Shown here one piece after another: positions 52,724 to 63,262 of a stretch of DNA of 64,000 nucleotides (the stretch's first letter is position 1; each line of letters begins with the position of its first letter). The DNA is from Sedimentisphaerales bacterium (lineage in GTDB: Bacteria > Planctomycetota > Phycisphaerae > Sedimentisphaerales > SM23-30). The notes below the pieces were generated by a model. The model was not told the DNA's origin, did no database searches, and worked only from the letters and a program-made list of their open reading frames with translations. Position numbers and translations under genes: made by a program. Where the stretch lies: the NCBI GenBank assembly GCA_963666285.1, contig OY762711.1; one strand, given 5' to 3'.

Positions 52724-53926
52724 TTATTTCCTGGCCAAATTTTCGGTAAGAACATGTACCAAGGTTTCTCGACTCAGAGGCTTGGAAATATAACCGTTAC
52801 AGCCGGAACTAATACATTCCTGTTCGTCATATGGCATTGCAAATGCCGTAACAGCTATAATTGGTTTATCAAACCCATCCGCTCTAAGTCGAGAGGTAAC
52901 TTCTAAACCACTCATATCTGGCATTCGAATATCCATCAAAATTATATCATAGCTATTATCTATCATCTCTAAAACAGCTTTTCCATTTTTGGCAAATTCA
53001 CACTTACAACCAAGATTCTCCAGGATAACCTTCATAAGCTTTCTGCTTGAATAATTATCATCGGCAACCAGTACTTTTGACGAAAACATGGCAGGCGATT
53101 CAGAACTTGTAACAGGTAAGGTATCATTCACTTTCAAATGATCTTCCTTCTGCTTGATAGTATCATGAGAAACCGTCTCAATTGGAAGACAAATACTAAA
53201 ATCTGAGCCCTCCCCTGGTACACTGTCAAAATATACCGCTCCGTTATTTAGACCGACTAAAGCTGCAAGAATTGTTAGCCCCATACCGGAAGTCATCATT
53301 TCATGATCACCTCTTTCAAATGGTTCAAATACAGTCTGCTGTAGCTCGTATTCGATGCCAACTCCATCGTCGACAACATCGATGAGTAAAAATGAACCGT
53401 CATCTTCTTCATATTTCGAACTGATAGAAAGAGTTATATTACCGGAATCCGTATATGTTAAAGCATTATCTAACAAAATGTCAATACAACGAATAATATG
53501 GTCCTGACAACCATTGAATGTTTTGGGTAGTCCCTGGGAACGTACTATTTCAAATGTATGGTTGCTAACTTTCATAGCACCTGTCCAGTTCTCGTCCACT
53601 ATCTTAATCAGACCATCAGTTACTATCGGTCTGCGAATAACGCCAGCCTGATCCATTGCACGAATGCGAGAATACTCTACAATCTTATCTGTCATACCAA
53701 TAAGACCGTTACCATTTTCCAGGATGGAATGCACAAACTCCTTTTGCTGCTCACTTAAAGCGTCATTTTCTAAAACCGTTCCAAAACCAATGATACCGTT
53801 CATATAGGTACGTATTTCATGACCCATAAGTGTAATGAAGCGGGTATTACTTTGGATCATCTGCTTTAACTGATCATCATAATTATTTTCAAAAACAGGC
53901 ATAATACCTCCTGGCGGAGAAAACAC
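52724..53926 (-). CDS. Hybrid histidine kinase without obvious sensor domain
   Basis: H-box GHEIRT, LLDNA, DDGVGI, FEPF, GMGL; receiver VADDN, MDIRMP, SKP. Confidence 0.88.
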   Translation of the reverse strand: MFSPPGGIMPVFENNYDDQLKQMIQSNTRFITLMGHEIRTYMNGIIGFGTVLENDALSEQQKEFVHSILENGNGLIGMTDKIVEYSRIRAMDQAGVIRRPIVTDGLIKIVDENWTGAMKVSNHTFEIVRSQGLPKTFNGCQDHIIRCIDILLDNALTYTDSGNITLSISSKYEEDDGSFLLIDVVDDGVGIEYELQQTVFEPFERGDHEMMTSGMGLTILAALVGLNNGAVYFDSVPGEGSDFSICLPIETVSHDTIKQKEDHLKVNDTLPVTSSESPAMFSSKVLVADDNYSSRKLMKVILENLGCKCEFAKNGKAVLEMIDNSYDIILMDIRMPDMSGLEVTSRLRADGFDKPIIAVTAFAMPYDEQECISSGCNGYISKPLSRETLVHVLTENLARK

Positions 53927-54012
53927 TTTTTCTTTTTATCGCTATTTGTAAATATTCACATCTTCTGACAATATATTATAGTTTTCTGTATAACAGTAAG
54001 ATCAAGTTTAAG

Positions 54013-55173
54013 TTACCGACAGCCTGTATCTTTTATTTTACGGTAACTCTCCTTACAATATCTATCTGTCATTCCTGAAATATAATCACAGGCAACACGC
54101 TCTGCTGACATTTCTTCCAGTCGTTCGCGAAATCTCTTCGGCAACAATGCAGGATGGCTCACATACTGCTCAAATAGATAGCCTATTTCTTCACCTGCTC
54201 GACTTCTTGCCTGAGCTACTGTTGGGTGTTTATATACTCTATTATAGAGAAAATTCTCAAGCTGGCCTAGCTGTCTTAAGCTCCTCTCTGATAAACCTAC
54301 AACCTTAATTTCTGCATTTTTTATATCCGTTGGTGTTTTAGGTGCAAGTTTAATTAAGTTTTTCTCTGACGTTTCAAGAGCATCACTAACCATTTTATTT
54401 ATAATCAGTTTAGCACATCGCAGCTGCCTCGCGAACTTATGAGCATCAGGATATAATTCCTGAACCAATTCTTTAACATCTTCATAAAGCTCAATATCCT
54501 TTAGATCCTCCTCCTTTATCAGGCCGGCTGCCAGGGAGTCATCCAAATCATGAGAATCATAGGCTATGGAATCAGCCAGATCGGCTATTTGCCCTTCCAG
54601 GGAATTCTGGCCTGTACCAAATTCCTCTAAGATATCTGGTGAATCATAACGCGTCTCATGTTTTGCCAAACAATTCCTGGTCTCAAAACACAAATTCAAA
54701 CCTCGAAAATTAGGATATGGATGCTCCAGGTAGTCAACTACTCTGAGCGACTGACGGTTATGTTCAAAACCGCCATACCCTTTCATAAGTTCATCAAGCA
54801 CAGCTTCGCCGCAATGGCCATAAGGCGGATGGCCCAGGTCATGTGCTAACGCGGCAGATTCGGTTAAGTCCTCATTGACCCCTAAAGCCCTGGCTAACGT
54901 TCTCGCTACCTGTGATACTTCAATACTGTGCGTAAGCCTGGTCCGGAAATAATCTGTGCCCGTATCACCAAAAACCTGTGTCTTGGCTTCTAACCTGCGA
55001 AAAGAGGCCGAGTGCAATATACGGTCACGATCGCGTTGAAAACAAGTACGATATTCATGTTCTGGTTCTTCAAAACAACGAGCTGGAGAATCGCTGCTTA
55101 ATATAGCATAACCTGCCAGCTGAGCCTTTTCATACTCTTGATATTGTTGCCTTGTTACTAGATACCTATTCAA
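54013..55173 (-). CDS. dgt: Deoxyguanosinetriphosphate triphosphohydrolase
   Basis: FQRDRDRILHS..FRRL..KTQV, RTRLTHS, AHDLGHPPYGH.GE, DYISGMTD; start placed at TTG 55173. Confidence 0.93.
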   Translation of the reverse strand: MNRYLVTRQQYQEYEKAQLAGYAILSSDSPARCFEEPEHEYRTCFQRDRDRILHSASFRRLEAKTQVFGDTGTDYFRTRLTHSIEVSQVARTLARALGVNEDLTESAALAHDLGHPPYGHCGEAVLDELMKGYGGFEHNRQSLRVVDYLEHPYPNFRGLNLCFETRNCLAKHETRYDSPDILEEFGTGQNSLEGQIADLADSIAYDSHDLDDSLAAGLIKEEDLKDIELYEDVKELVQELYPDAHKFARQLRCAKLIINKMVSDALETSEKNLIKLAPKTPTDIKNAEIKVVGLSERSLRQLGQLENFLYNRVYKHPTVAQARSRAGEEIGYLFEQYVSHPALLPKRFRERLEEMSAERVACDYISGMTDRYCKESYRKIKDTGCR

Positions 55174-55521
55174 GTAGAACCTATACCCCTCTCGCCTGTC
55201 TTTGCTAACATCAGCTCCAATCGCTTTAAAAACGACTTGCACACATTTACACAAAATAACGAATATGATTATCAAATATAATAATAAAAATGTCAAGTTC
55301 TAACAATAAAGAATAGTATAGATATCACAAATATTGTAGCAATTATAAATATACAAACAGACCTCCTGCAATCTGGGATAATTATTGTATTTTTGTACAA
55401 TCATTGATATACTAATCAAATATTGATATTATCTAGCTTCGATGGGCAATTTTGAAGATAATAGATAAATGCCAAATATTCCTGCCTTATTACTATACTA
55501 AATTAACCCAAGGATAAAATC

Positions 55522-57153
55522 ATGGTCAAGAAAAGTATTTATTTGTCGATGGTAGTTGCGTGGATGCTGATCTCGGGATGCAATTCAGGTGAAAAAGAGG
55601 AACGTGATATTGTCGTAGAAAAATTTGGCGAGAATATAAAGAGTATCTGCCATTTGGCCGGCTATGAAGGTCTTCGCGTTTCCGGATATTCACTGGTATG
55701 GGGTCTTCAGGGAACAGGTTCGGCGGAATGCCCACCTGATATTAGAAATGTGTTAATAAAGCATATCAAAGTTCTTAAATCATCTGATAAGAAATACTTA
55801 CCAGATAAATATGCAAAAATGTCAGCGGAACAGCTGATAAACAGCCACGATACCGCCGTAGTAAGGATATCCGGTACAGTACCAGCCGGAGCACCGGCGG
55901 AGACGAAATTTGACGTAAATGTTTACATACCATTTGCCAGCCAGACAACGAGCCTGGAAGGCGGCACCCTGCTGCCGACAGAACTTCGCCGGGTGGAAGG
56001 CGGAATTCCGGGCCGTGAAGTGGCCATAGCAGGCGGACCTATCTATATAGATCCACTGCCTCTCTATCAGGAAGGTGAGATAAAAAAAGCAGATAAGCGT
56101 TTTGGCACCGTACTGGGCGGCGGTATAAGTAAATATGACCGCAAGATCAAGCTGGTATTATTTGAAGCAGATTCCAGGGTAGCCCAGCTGGTACAAAAAA
56201 GAATAAACAGCCGATTTCCCATTGATGAATTCAAGAAGGTGGCAATTGCCCAAAACCGTGAATACCTGACAATCAACATACCAGAAGAATATAAAGAAGA
56301 CTACAATTATTTCATTAAGATATTGTTAAATCTATACTTAAATGACAGTTTCACATACCAGGAGCAAAAACTGGCAGAACTGGAAGAAAAAGCCAAATCA
56401 CCTGATGCCAACTTTGAAGAGATCACCTTGGCCTGGGAGGCAATAGGCAAGGGAGCATTACCAAACCTGAATAAGCTATGTGAAAACCTGGATACAGTAG
56501 AAGCATTTTATGCAGCCAGAACCGTTCTTCATATGAACGATCTAAGCGTAATCAAGCCTTTAAGCCTGATATCCAGGAATGAAAAACACCCATGCCGATA
56601 CAAAGCCGCCTCAACATTGAGTACTGCCGTAGATGATCCTATGGCATCATGGACCCTGGCCGGATTGCTAAATAGTAATGATGATAAGATGCGAATGATA
56701 GCTTACGATGCTCTCAGAAAAGGAAATCACATCAATATTATCCCTATTAAGCTGGCAAACAACTCCACCATGGATTCGGTTAAATCCGAGGCAAAGAATA
56801 TGATATGTGCGTGGGCGGCACTTGAACCTCGAATCGCAGTATTTGGGCGGTCCATTAAAATGGAAGACAATATATTCTATACAAACGAGGCTTCCGGCGT
56901 AGTAATCAATTCTCTGGAAAATGATCCGACATTATCTATCACCAGACAGTTGCCTGACAGCAGTAAGTTTGTTAAAATGACCTGTCCGGCAAAAGTTGAA
57001 AATCTGATTGCAAAGCTAAGCGGTCCGGAAAAAGACGAAACCGGAGCCGGTTTGAGTTTTGGCCAGACAATCGGCATATTGTATGAAATGTGTGAAAAAG
57101 GCTTTATTGACGCAGAATTCAAGATGAAGCGTATGAAAGACAAACTGGAATAA
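55522..57153 (+). CDS. FlgI (flagellar P-ring)-like lipoprotein with helical-repeat C-terminal region
   Basis: ISGC lipobox; VSGYSLVWGLQGTGS, DTAVVRISG, TTSLEGGTL, A.GP. Confidence 0.7.
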   Translation: MVKKSIYLSMVVAWMLISGCNSGEKEERDIVVEKFGENIKSICHLAGYEGLRVSGYSLVWGLQGTGSAECPPDIRNVLIKHIKVLKSSDKKYLPDKYAKMSAEQLINSHDTAVVRISGTVPAGAPAETKFDVNVYIPFASQTTSLEGGTLLPTELRRVEGGIPGREVAIAGGPIYIDPLPLYQEGEIKKADKRFGTVLGGGISKYDRKIKLVLFEADSRVAQLVQKRINSRFPIDEFKKVAIAQNREYLTINIPEEYKEDYNYFIKILLNLYLNDSFTYQEQKLAELEEKAKSPDANFEEITLAWEAIGKGALPNLNKLCENLDTVEAFYAARTVLHMNDLSVIKPLSLISRNEKHPCRYKAASTLSTAVDDPMASWTLAGLLNSNDDKMRMIAYDALRKGNHINIIPIKLANNSTMDSVKSEAKNMICAWAALEPRIAVFGRSIKMEDNIFYTNEASGVVINSLENDPTLSITRQLPDSSKFVKMTCPAKVENLIAKLSGPEKDETGAGLSFGQTIGILYEMCEKGFIDAEFKMKRMKDKLE

Positions 57154-57397
57154 GCCTGGTTTTAAGATACCGGATACAGTTTCAGTTTTAAGCAGAAACC
57201 CAAGAAATCCATGTAAATGCATTAAAATAAACACTTTAAAACAATAAGTAATATTTTAATACATTACAATCTTATAATTATGAAATTATAACAGAGAAAA
57301 GAGCAAGGCTTGGGCCGTCCATCTTAAAATGGCGGCTATTTCTATGGGTATCTCTCATAGAAAATGGAGCGATTAATAAATAAAAACAAAAAATAAC

Positions 57398-57426
57398 TAT
57401 AGCAATTCCCGGCTATGTTCCGATAA
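57398..57426 (+). promoter_or_regulatory. Putative sigma28-like promoter upstream of smc
   Basis: TATAG-N16-TCCGATAA. Confidence 0.45.
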
Positions 57427-57547
57427 CTAGATAAATAGAACAACAAAAGAGCTCTAAATGTTGTTGATTTAATCGGTGGAACCGGTATTATTATGCCACT
57501 AGAATAGTCTGTTGAATGTGGTAAGTCACGGAGGACGTGAATTAATT

Positions 57548-60500
57548 ATGAAGTTGAAAAAGATAATTGTCTGCGGTTTTAAAAGCTTTGCAGACAAAAC
57601 AGAATTTGAATTCGGTGATGGTATTACCGTTGTAGTAGGCCCTAACGGCTGCGGCAAGAGCAATGTAGTTGATGCCGTAAAGTGGGTGCTAGGCGAGCAG
57701 TCTGCCAAGAGTCTGCGCGGTACCCAAATGCTGGATGTAATCTTCAATGGCTCCGGTACTCGCAAGGCAATGGGATTTGCCGAAGTAACCCTGATTTTTG
57801 ACAATGTCGATAAACAGCTATCTGCAGATTACGATGAAATTGCAATCACCCGCAAACTATTCAGAAGCGGTGAAAGTCAATATAAATTAAATGGTAAAAA
57901 CACCCGTCTAAAAGATATCAAAGAAATGTTTATGGGTACCGGCCTGGGCTCAAACGCCTATTCGATCATCGAACAGGGTCGAGTAACCCAGCTTTTGCAG
58001 GCCCCCAAGGAAGAGCGTCGCGCTATTTTCGAAGAAGCTGCCGGTATCAGTCGTTACAAAGCCCGTAAAAAAGAGACGTTACGCAAGCTGGAACGTACCG
58101 AGCAGAACATGCTCAGACTGCATGATATCATAGCCGAGCTGGAAAAGCAGCTCCGTTCGATCAAGATCCAGGCCGGTAAAGCCCGCAACTACCAGACATA
58201 CACTTCAAGGTTAAACGAGCTCAGACTGAATCAGTATTTGAGCGAATACCGCAAGCTGCAGATGTCGGCTGAGAAATCCCGAGAAAAGGTAACCGTAATT
58301 CAGGACGAACTAATCGCACATACCGCCGAAATCGAAAAACGCAGTGCCAGACTTAGTATCCTGGAGCATGAAGCCCAGCAGTCAGATACCGAGATTCGCC
58401 AAAGCGAAAACCAGGTCATGCAATATACCAGCCAGATCAGCCAGCAGCAGGACCGCATCGAAATGGGCCACCGCCGCTGCGAAGAACTGCAGGAGATGCT
58501 AAAACAGAACAACAGCCGCATCGACGAGCTGAGGAAACAGTCTCACATCTTGAGTGAGAACATAAAAATGGCCCAGGAAGAGATAGAAAACTCCCAGGGC
58601 GAGCTGGATAAGAAACAGCATGAGCTGAACGAAAAACAGGAATACCGCAACCAGCAGGTATTGGAGCTAAACGAATATCGCAGTCAGCTGGACGATGAAA
58701 AAAGCGGCCTGATGGACATAGTCCGTCAGACGGCCCAGCTGCACAACGAGATTAATGCAATCGATATAAAATGCGAGAATCTGAGCGGCCAGAAAGAGAA
58801 GCTATCAGACAGGGTAGATGTGATCCGCAGTGAAATGCAGGATCTGCTAACCCGGCGGGCGGCCCATACCGAACAACTGGAAAGAATACATACCCTGCAG
58901 GAAAACTGCCGGATACAGTTGGAAGAAAAACGCGAGCAGCTGGCCTCGGTAAGCCAGGAACGGCTGGAATGCAGTGAAGACCTTTCATCGGCGAGAGAAT
59001 ATCGCAGCGGGCTCTTGAGCCGGAAACAGCTGCTGGAAGATATGGAAGCCAAGTTTGAGGGTCTGGACAAAGGTGTAAAAACCATTTTAGAGGACCACCG
59101 CCAGAACCCGGACAACTTTTATTATGTCCGCGGCCTGATCGCCGAGCTGATCCGTTCTGAAGTGAAATATGCCTCGGTTATCGAAGCGGCCCTGGGCAGC
59201 CAGTCCCAGAATATCGTTGTCACGAGCTCAGAAGAACTATTGAAAGATCAGGACAGGTTAAACGAACTGGCCGGCAGAGTATTTATGACCTGCCTGGACA
59301 AACAGCCGGCGTACAATGACAGTTTTGACATTTCGCAGCATCCCCAGATAAAAGCCAGACTGGCAGACCTTGTAACATCTCCGGAAGACTGCAAGCCGCT
59401 GGTATGGAACCTGCTGGGCAAGACAATGATGGTAGAATCGCTGGAAGATGCGTTTGCTATGGCACCTATCGCACCCGCTGACTACAGGTGGGTAACACTA
59501 TCCGGTGAGGTACTGGAACCAGACGGTACAGTAGCGATCGGCTCACAGATAATAGGCGGCGGCCTGATCTCTCGTAAGAGTGAACTGCGTGAACTGGACA
59601 ACTCGATCCGGGAAGCTCAAGAGCGGATAGAGACACTGGAACAAAGAAACACCCAGCTGGACAGCCAAACAGAACACCTGGAAAAGAACCTGCAGGAACT
59701 GCGTACCGCGGTTTATGAAGCAGGAACCGAAGAAGTAGAAACCCGTGGCAACCTGGAACGAATCGAGCAGAACGTAAACAGACTGCAGCAGGAAGAACCT
59801 CTGATCGCCAATGAAATCAGCAGTATCGAAACCCAGATCGGCCAGGCGATGCATTCCCAGGAACACGGCCGCCAGCAGCTGAAAGATCTTCAGGATCTGA
59901 ATACCGAACGACAATCCAGGGTAGAATTCCTGGAAGAACAAATCGATGTCCTGGAAGCACAGGATAACGAGATAGTCGAACAGATAACAAACATCAAAGT
60001 AGAGCTGGGCCAGTCGCGTCAGCGAAATATGGCACTGCACGATAAGATTACATCTTTGAAGACCCAGGCCCAGCAGGCAGACCACAATATCCAACTGCTG
60101 CAGAATGACCTGGACAACGCAGACCACAACTACCAGGAAACGCAGCGTTCGATACTGTCAGCTGAAAACCAGTTAAGCGAACTGTTCCTGATGCGTCAGC
60201 AACTGCAGGAACAGGTAAAAGATATGCGTGAGAAATTCGCTGCACTAACCGAAGAGCGAAAGCAGCTGACAATTGAAAGTAAAGAACTGGAGCACAAGCA
60301 CCAGGAATGTCAGCAGCAGCTGCATAACCTGCAGATGGCGTATAATGAGAACAGGCTGAGATGTGAAAATCTTACCCAACGAGCAATGGAAGAGATGAGC
60401 CTGAACCTGGAAGAGCAGTTGAAGACAACCGAAGTTCAGGAAATGGACTGGAACGCAGTAACAGCAGAGATAAAAGACCTGAAACAGAAGATCAACCGCC

Positions 60501-61132
60501 TGGGTAATATCAACCTGGGCGCGATCGAAGAGCAGGAAGAGCTGGAACAGCGTGCCGAAACCCTCAACCAGCAGTATAAGGACCTGAATGACGCCCGCAA
60601 ACAGATGGAAGAGCTGATCGAGAAGATCAATATCGAAAGTACCGAGCTGTTCCGCAAGAGCTTCGATACGATCAAGGGCAACTTCTCCGACCTGTTCCGC
60701 AAGCTGTTCGGCGGCGGACGAGCCGAGGTGATCCTGGAAGACCCAGAGAATCTGCTGGAGTCACCGATCGAGATAATCGCCCGCCCTCCGGGGAAACAGC
60801 CTCGCAGTATCTCGCAGCTTAGCGGTGGCGAAAAGACCATGGCAGCGGTAGCGTTAATCATGGCTATCTTTAAGAGCAAGCCAAGTCCGTTCTGCCTGCT
60901 GGACGAGGTAGATGCGGCGCTGGACGAGGCGAATGTGGAGCGATTCAATACCGTAATCCAGGAATTCCTGACCCAATCACAGTTTGTAGTGATTACCCAC
61001 TGCCGCAGAACCATGAGCATAGCAGATGTGATCTATGGTGTTACCATGCAGGAACAAGGAGTCAGTAAGAAAGTAGCAGTCAAGTTTGACAACTTTAGTG
61101 ATGACCTGGACGAAAATAACGCGGTAGCTTAA
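57548..61132 (+). CDS. smc: Chromosome segregation protein SMC
   Basis: GFKSF, GPNGCGKSN, long coiled coils, hinge, LSGGEK, LLDEVDAALD; ATG 57548 after GGAGG. Confidence 0.97.
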   Translation: MKLKKIIVCGFKSFADKTEFEFGDGITVVVGPNGCGKSNVVDAVKWVLGEQSAKSLRGTQMLDVIFNGSGTRKAMGFAEVTLIFDNVDKQLSADYDEIAITRKLFRSGESQYKLNGKNTRLKDIKEMFMGTGLGSNAYSIIEQGRVTQLLQAPKEERRAIFEEAAGISRYKARKKETLRKLERTEQNMLRLHDIIAELEKQLRSIKIQAGKARNYQTYTSRLNELRLNQYLSEYRKLQMSAEKSREKVTVIQDELIAHTAEIEKRSARLSILEHEAQQSDTEIRQSENQVMQYTSQISQQQDRIEMGHRRCEELQEMLKQNNSRIDELRKQSHILSENIKMAQEEIENSQGELDKKQHELNEKQEYRNQQVLELNEYRSQLDDEKSGLMDIVRQTAQLHNEINAIDIKCENLSGQKEKLSDRVDVIRSEMQDLLTRRAAHTEQLERIHTLQENCRIQLEEKREQLASVSQERLECSEDLSSAREYRSGLLSRKQLLEDMEAKFEGLDKGVKTILEDHRQNPDNFYYVRGLIAELIRSEVKYASVIEAALGSQSQNIVVTSSEELLKDQDRLNELAGRVFMTCLDKQPAYNDSFDISQHPQIKARLADLVTSPEDCKPLVWNLLGKTMMVESLEDAFAMAPIAPADYRWVTLSGEVLEPDGTVAIGSQIIGGGLISRKSELRELDNSIREAQERIETLEQRNTQLDSQTEHLEKNLQELRTAVYEAGTEEVETRGNLERIEQNVNRLQQEEPLIANEISSIETQIGQAMHSQEHGRQQLKDLQDLNTERQSRVEFLEEQIDVLEAQDNEIVEQITNIKVELGQSRQRNMALHDKITSLKTQAQQADHNIQLLQNDLDNADHNYQETQRSILSAENQLSELFLMRQQLQEQVKDMREKFAALTEERKQLTIESKELEHKHQECQQQLHNLQMAYNENRLRCENLTQRAMEEMSLNLEEQLKTTEVQEMDWNAVTAEIKDLKQKINRLGNINLGAIEEQEELEQRAETLNQQYKDLNDARKQMEELIEKINIESTELFRKSFDTIKGNFSDLFRKLFGGGRAEVILEDPENLLESPIEIIARPPGKQPRSISQLSGGEKTMAAVALIMAIFKSKPSPFCLLDEVDAALDEANVERFNTVIQEFLTQSQFVVITHCRRTMSIADVIYGVTMQEQGVSKKVAVKFDNFSDDLDENNAVA

Positions 61133-61609
61133 TTCCCACCCCCCAACCGACACCCATATAATATGGTTTTTTAGGGTATTTCTGCTTAGGGCGGACAAGT
61201 AAGCCCTAAGAAAGAGTAAAGTGTAAAATAAAAAATGTAAAGAAGGTGTCCTGCACCGTACGGTACATGACCTTATTTTAAAAGCTGACGCAAAAGTCGG
61301 ATAGTATTGAAATAGTTATAATTATCTAAAATATAATATTTTTTAGAACCGGTTACAAATATCCATTATAGCATTACAACTGTCTATTTAAGGAATTTAC
61401 CGTATATGATACCCTAATATCTGTATCACATACTTGGTATAAGCTATTGTCGTTGCAGTAGTAAAATACTCAAACAGACAGATGGCCGATTTCCGCACAG
61501 GATTTGCAACCAGAAGATAAACAATACAAAATAATACGTTTCAGCCGGAACCTAAAACTCCGGCTGCTTAACAAAACCACAATAACTCCCTCCCAGAAAC
61601 ATTAATGCC

Positions 61610-62626
61610 ATGTTAAAAAAAATCAGTATTTCACTATTCGTACTATCAGCTATTATCGTAATGTCAGGATGTCAGAGTACCGGCGAATTATCTGTAGATA
61701 AAGCATTAACCCAAAAGTTGTTAGGCGCCTCAGTCGAAGTACTGGCCAATGGCAAGATGCAAGGTTCGGGAGCATTGGTATCTGCTGATGGCTATGTTCT
61801 GACAGCGGCTCATTATATTTCCAGCTCATCCATAAAACTAGAAGTGTTAACAGCCGGTCAACTCCGCGCCGAAGCCAAGCTTGTGGCGATCGATAAGGGA
61901 GATGATATCGCCCTGCTAAAGATAGAATCAGCAAAAGCTCTACCATACCTGGAAATATCTTCAGAAGAATTACATGCCGGTGACAAGACGTATATAGTTG
62001 GCTCACCGTTATTTAAGCACAGGCTGTTATTAGAAGGCATGATCTCTTCGATCCAACCAAGCTATATCTATCTCGATGACCAAAAATCTTACCTGCATAT
62101 CAACTACATACAAACCATGGCATCCAGAGGTCTTTCCGGTGGATGCTGGACCAACAGCAAAGGTGAGGTAATAGGAGTACAATCGGGCTTTTTGAACGAC
62201 CAAGTATCCGGTACTGACGGTCATGCAAATTCCGGGATAGCGTTTATTGCCGGATTAGACGAAGTGAGAACGCTATTCGAGACCAAAAAACACGTTCCGG
62301 CCACATCCCTGGGCTGTCAGCTGGAAGAGCTATGGACTCAAAACCCCGGATTCCAGGAAAGATTTCCGAGCGGAACAGAGGGAGTTGCGATCTGTGCAAT
62401 TCGTGAGGACGGGCCAATGGCAAAGGCAGAGTTTGTAAAGGATACCATAATAACAGCCATTGACGGAACAAAGGTAAGATACATAAGCGAGATCATGAGC
62501 CTGGTGAGAGCAAAGAAACCAGGAGATAAGATGTCGGTAACTACTTTATTTCCAGATGATAAAGGAAGCGAAACCAAAGAAGTTATATTAGACTGTCAGA
62601 CAGATAACTGGGCAAATAGAAAATAG
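61610..62626 (+). CDS. Trypsin-like serine protease with PDZ domain, lipoprotein
   Basis: MSGC; GSG, LTAAH, DIALLKI, GLSGG; C-terminal PDZ-like region. Confidence 0.88.
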   Translation: MLKKISISLFVLSAIIVMSGCQSTGELSVDKALTQKLLGASVEVLANGKMQGSGALVSADGYVLTAAHYISSSSIKLEVLTAGQLRAEAKLVAIDKGDDIALLKIESAKALPYLEISSEELHAGDKTYIVGSPLFKHRLLLEGMISSIQPSYIYLDDQKSYLHINYIQTMASRGLSGGCWTNSKGEVIGVQSGFLNDQVSGTDGHANSGIAFIAGLDEVRTLFETKKHVPATSLGCQLEELWTQNPGFQERFPSGTEGVAICAIREDGPMAKAEFVKDTIITAIDGTKVRYISEIMSLVRAKKPGDKMSVTTLFPDDKGSETKEVILDCQTDNWANRK

Positions 62627-63187
62627 CGAGAAGCGAGAAGTAAGAGGTTAGGGGAAATGAAAAATGAAAAAACAAGGTGTTTGCCTGGCGGCTCACGACT
62701 TGTTTTAAAGCTGGTGCGGGAGTAAAGATTGAACTACGGGTGAAAATAATAAGGGGTCATGTGCCAGATGCCAGGGGTCAGGGACAAGAATTTGAGAGTG
62801 GTAAGGGTTCAGGGCTTGCCGCGTGATTGTTAAAGAAAATATATTTGGTTGGCCCATGATTGGTTTATGCTTTATGGCGGGCCATTTCAAAATTGAATTG
62901 TTTTAATCCATTCTGCATAATCGTAATAAAAACCACGATAATATCTCAGATAATATTTAATCTCCATTTCAGCATGGTCATACCAAAATGGCAAAAAATG
63001 GGTGTTCAGCGGCGTCTCGAAACGTTTAACGGCGTGAGCGCGGCGGTGTACGGCGAAGCGTAAACGATTACGGAAGCAAACGGAGAGGGCGCGGCGGGCA
63101 ACGAATTTTGCCCAAAAAGGGTAAAATCGGGCCTGGTAGCACCACTTACGAGTCGTTAATATTTAGAGCAATCCTATTTTAAAAAAG

Positions 63188-63227
63188 AAACATTCCGGCA
63201 AGATTAAATGCATCTCGCCGGAATGTA
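63188..63227 (-). terminator. Intrinsic terminator after LamG gene
   Basis: ACATTCCGGC...GCCGGAATGT, preceded by an A-run on the + strand. Confidence 0.6.
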
Positions 63228-63262
63228 AGCTTATAAAAAATTAAATTATGGTAATAACAATC

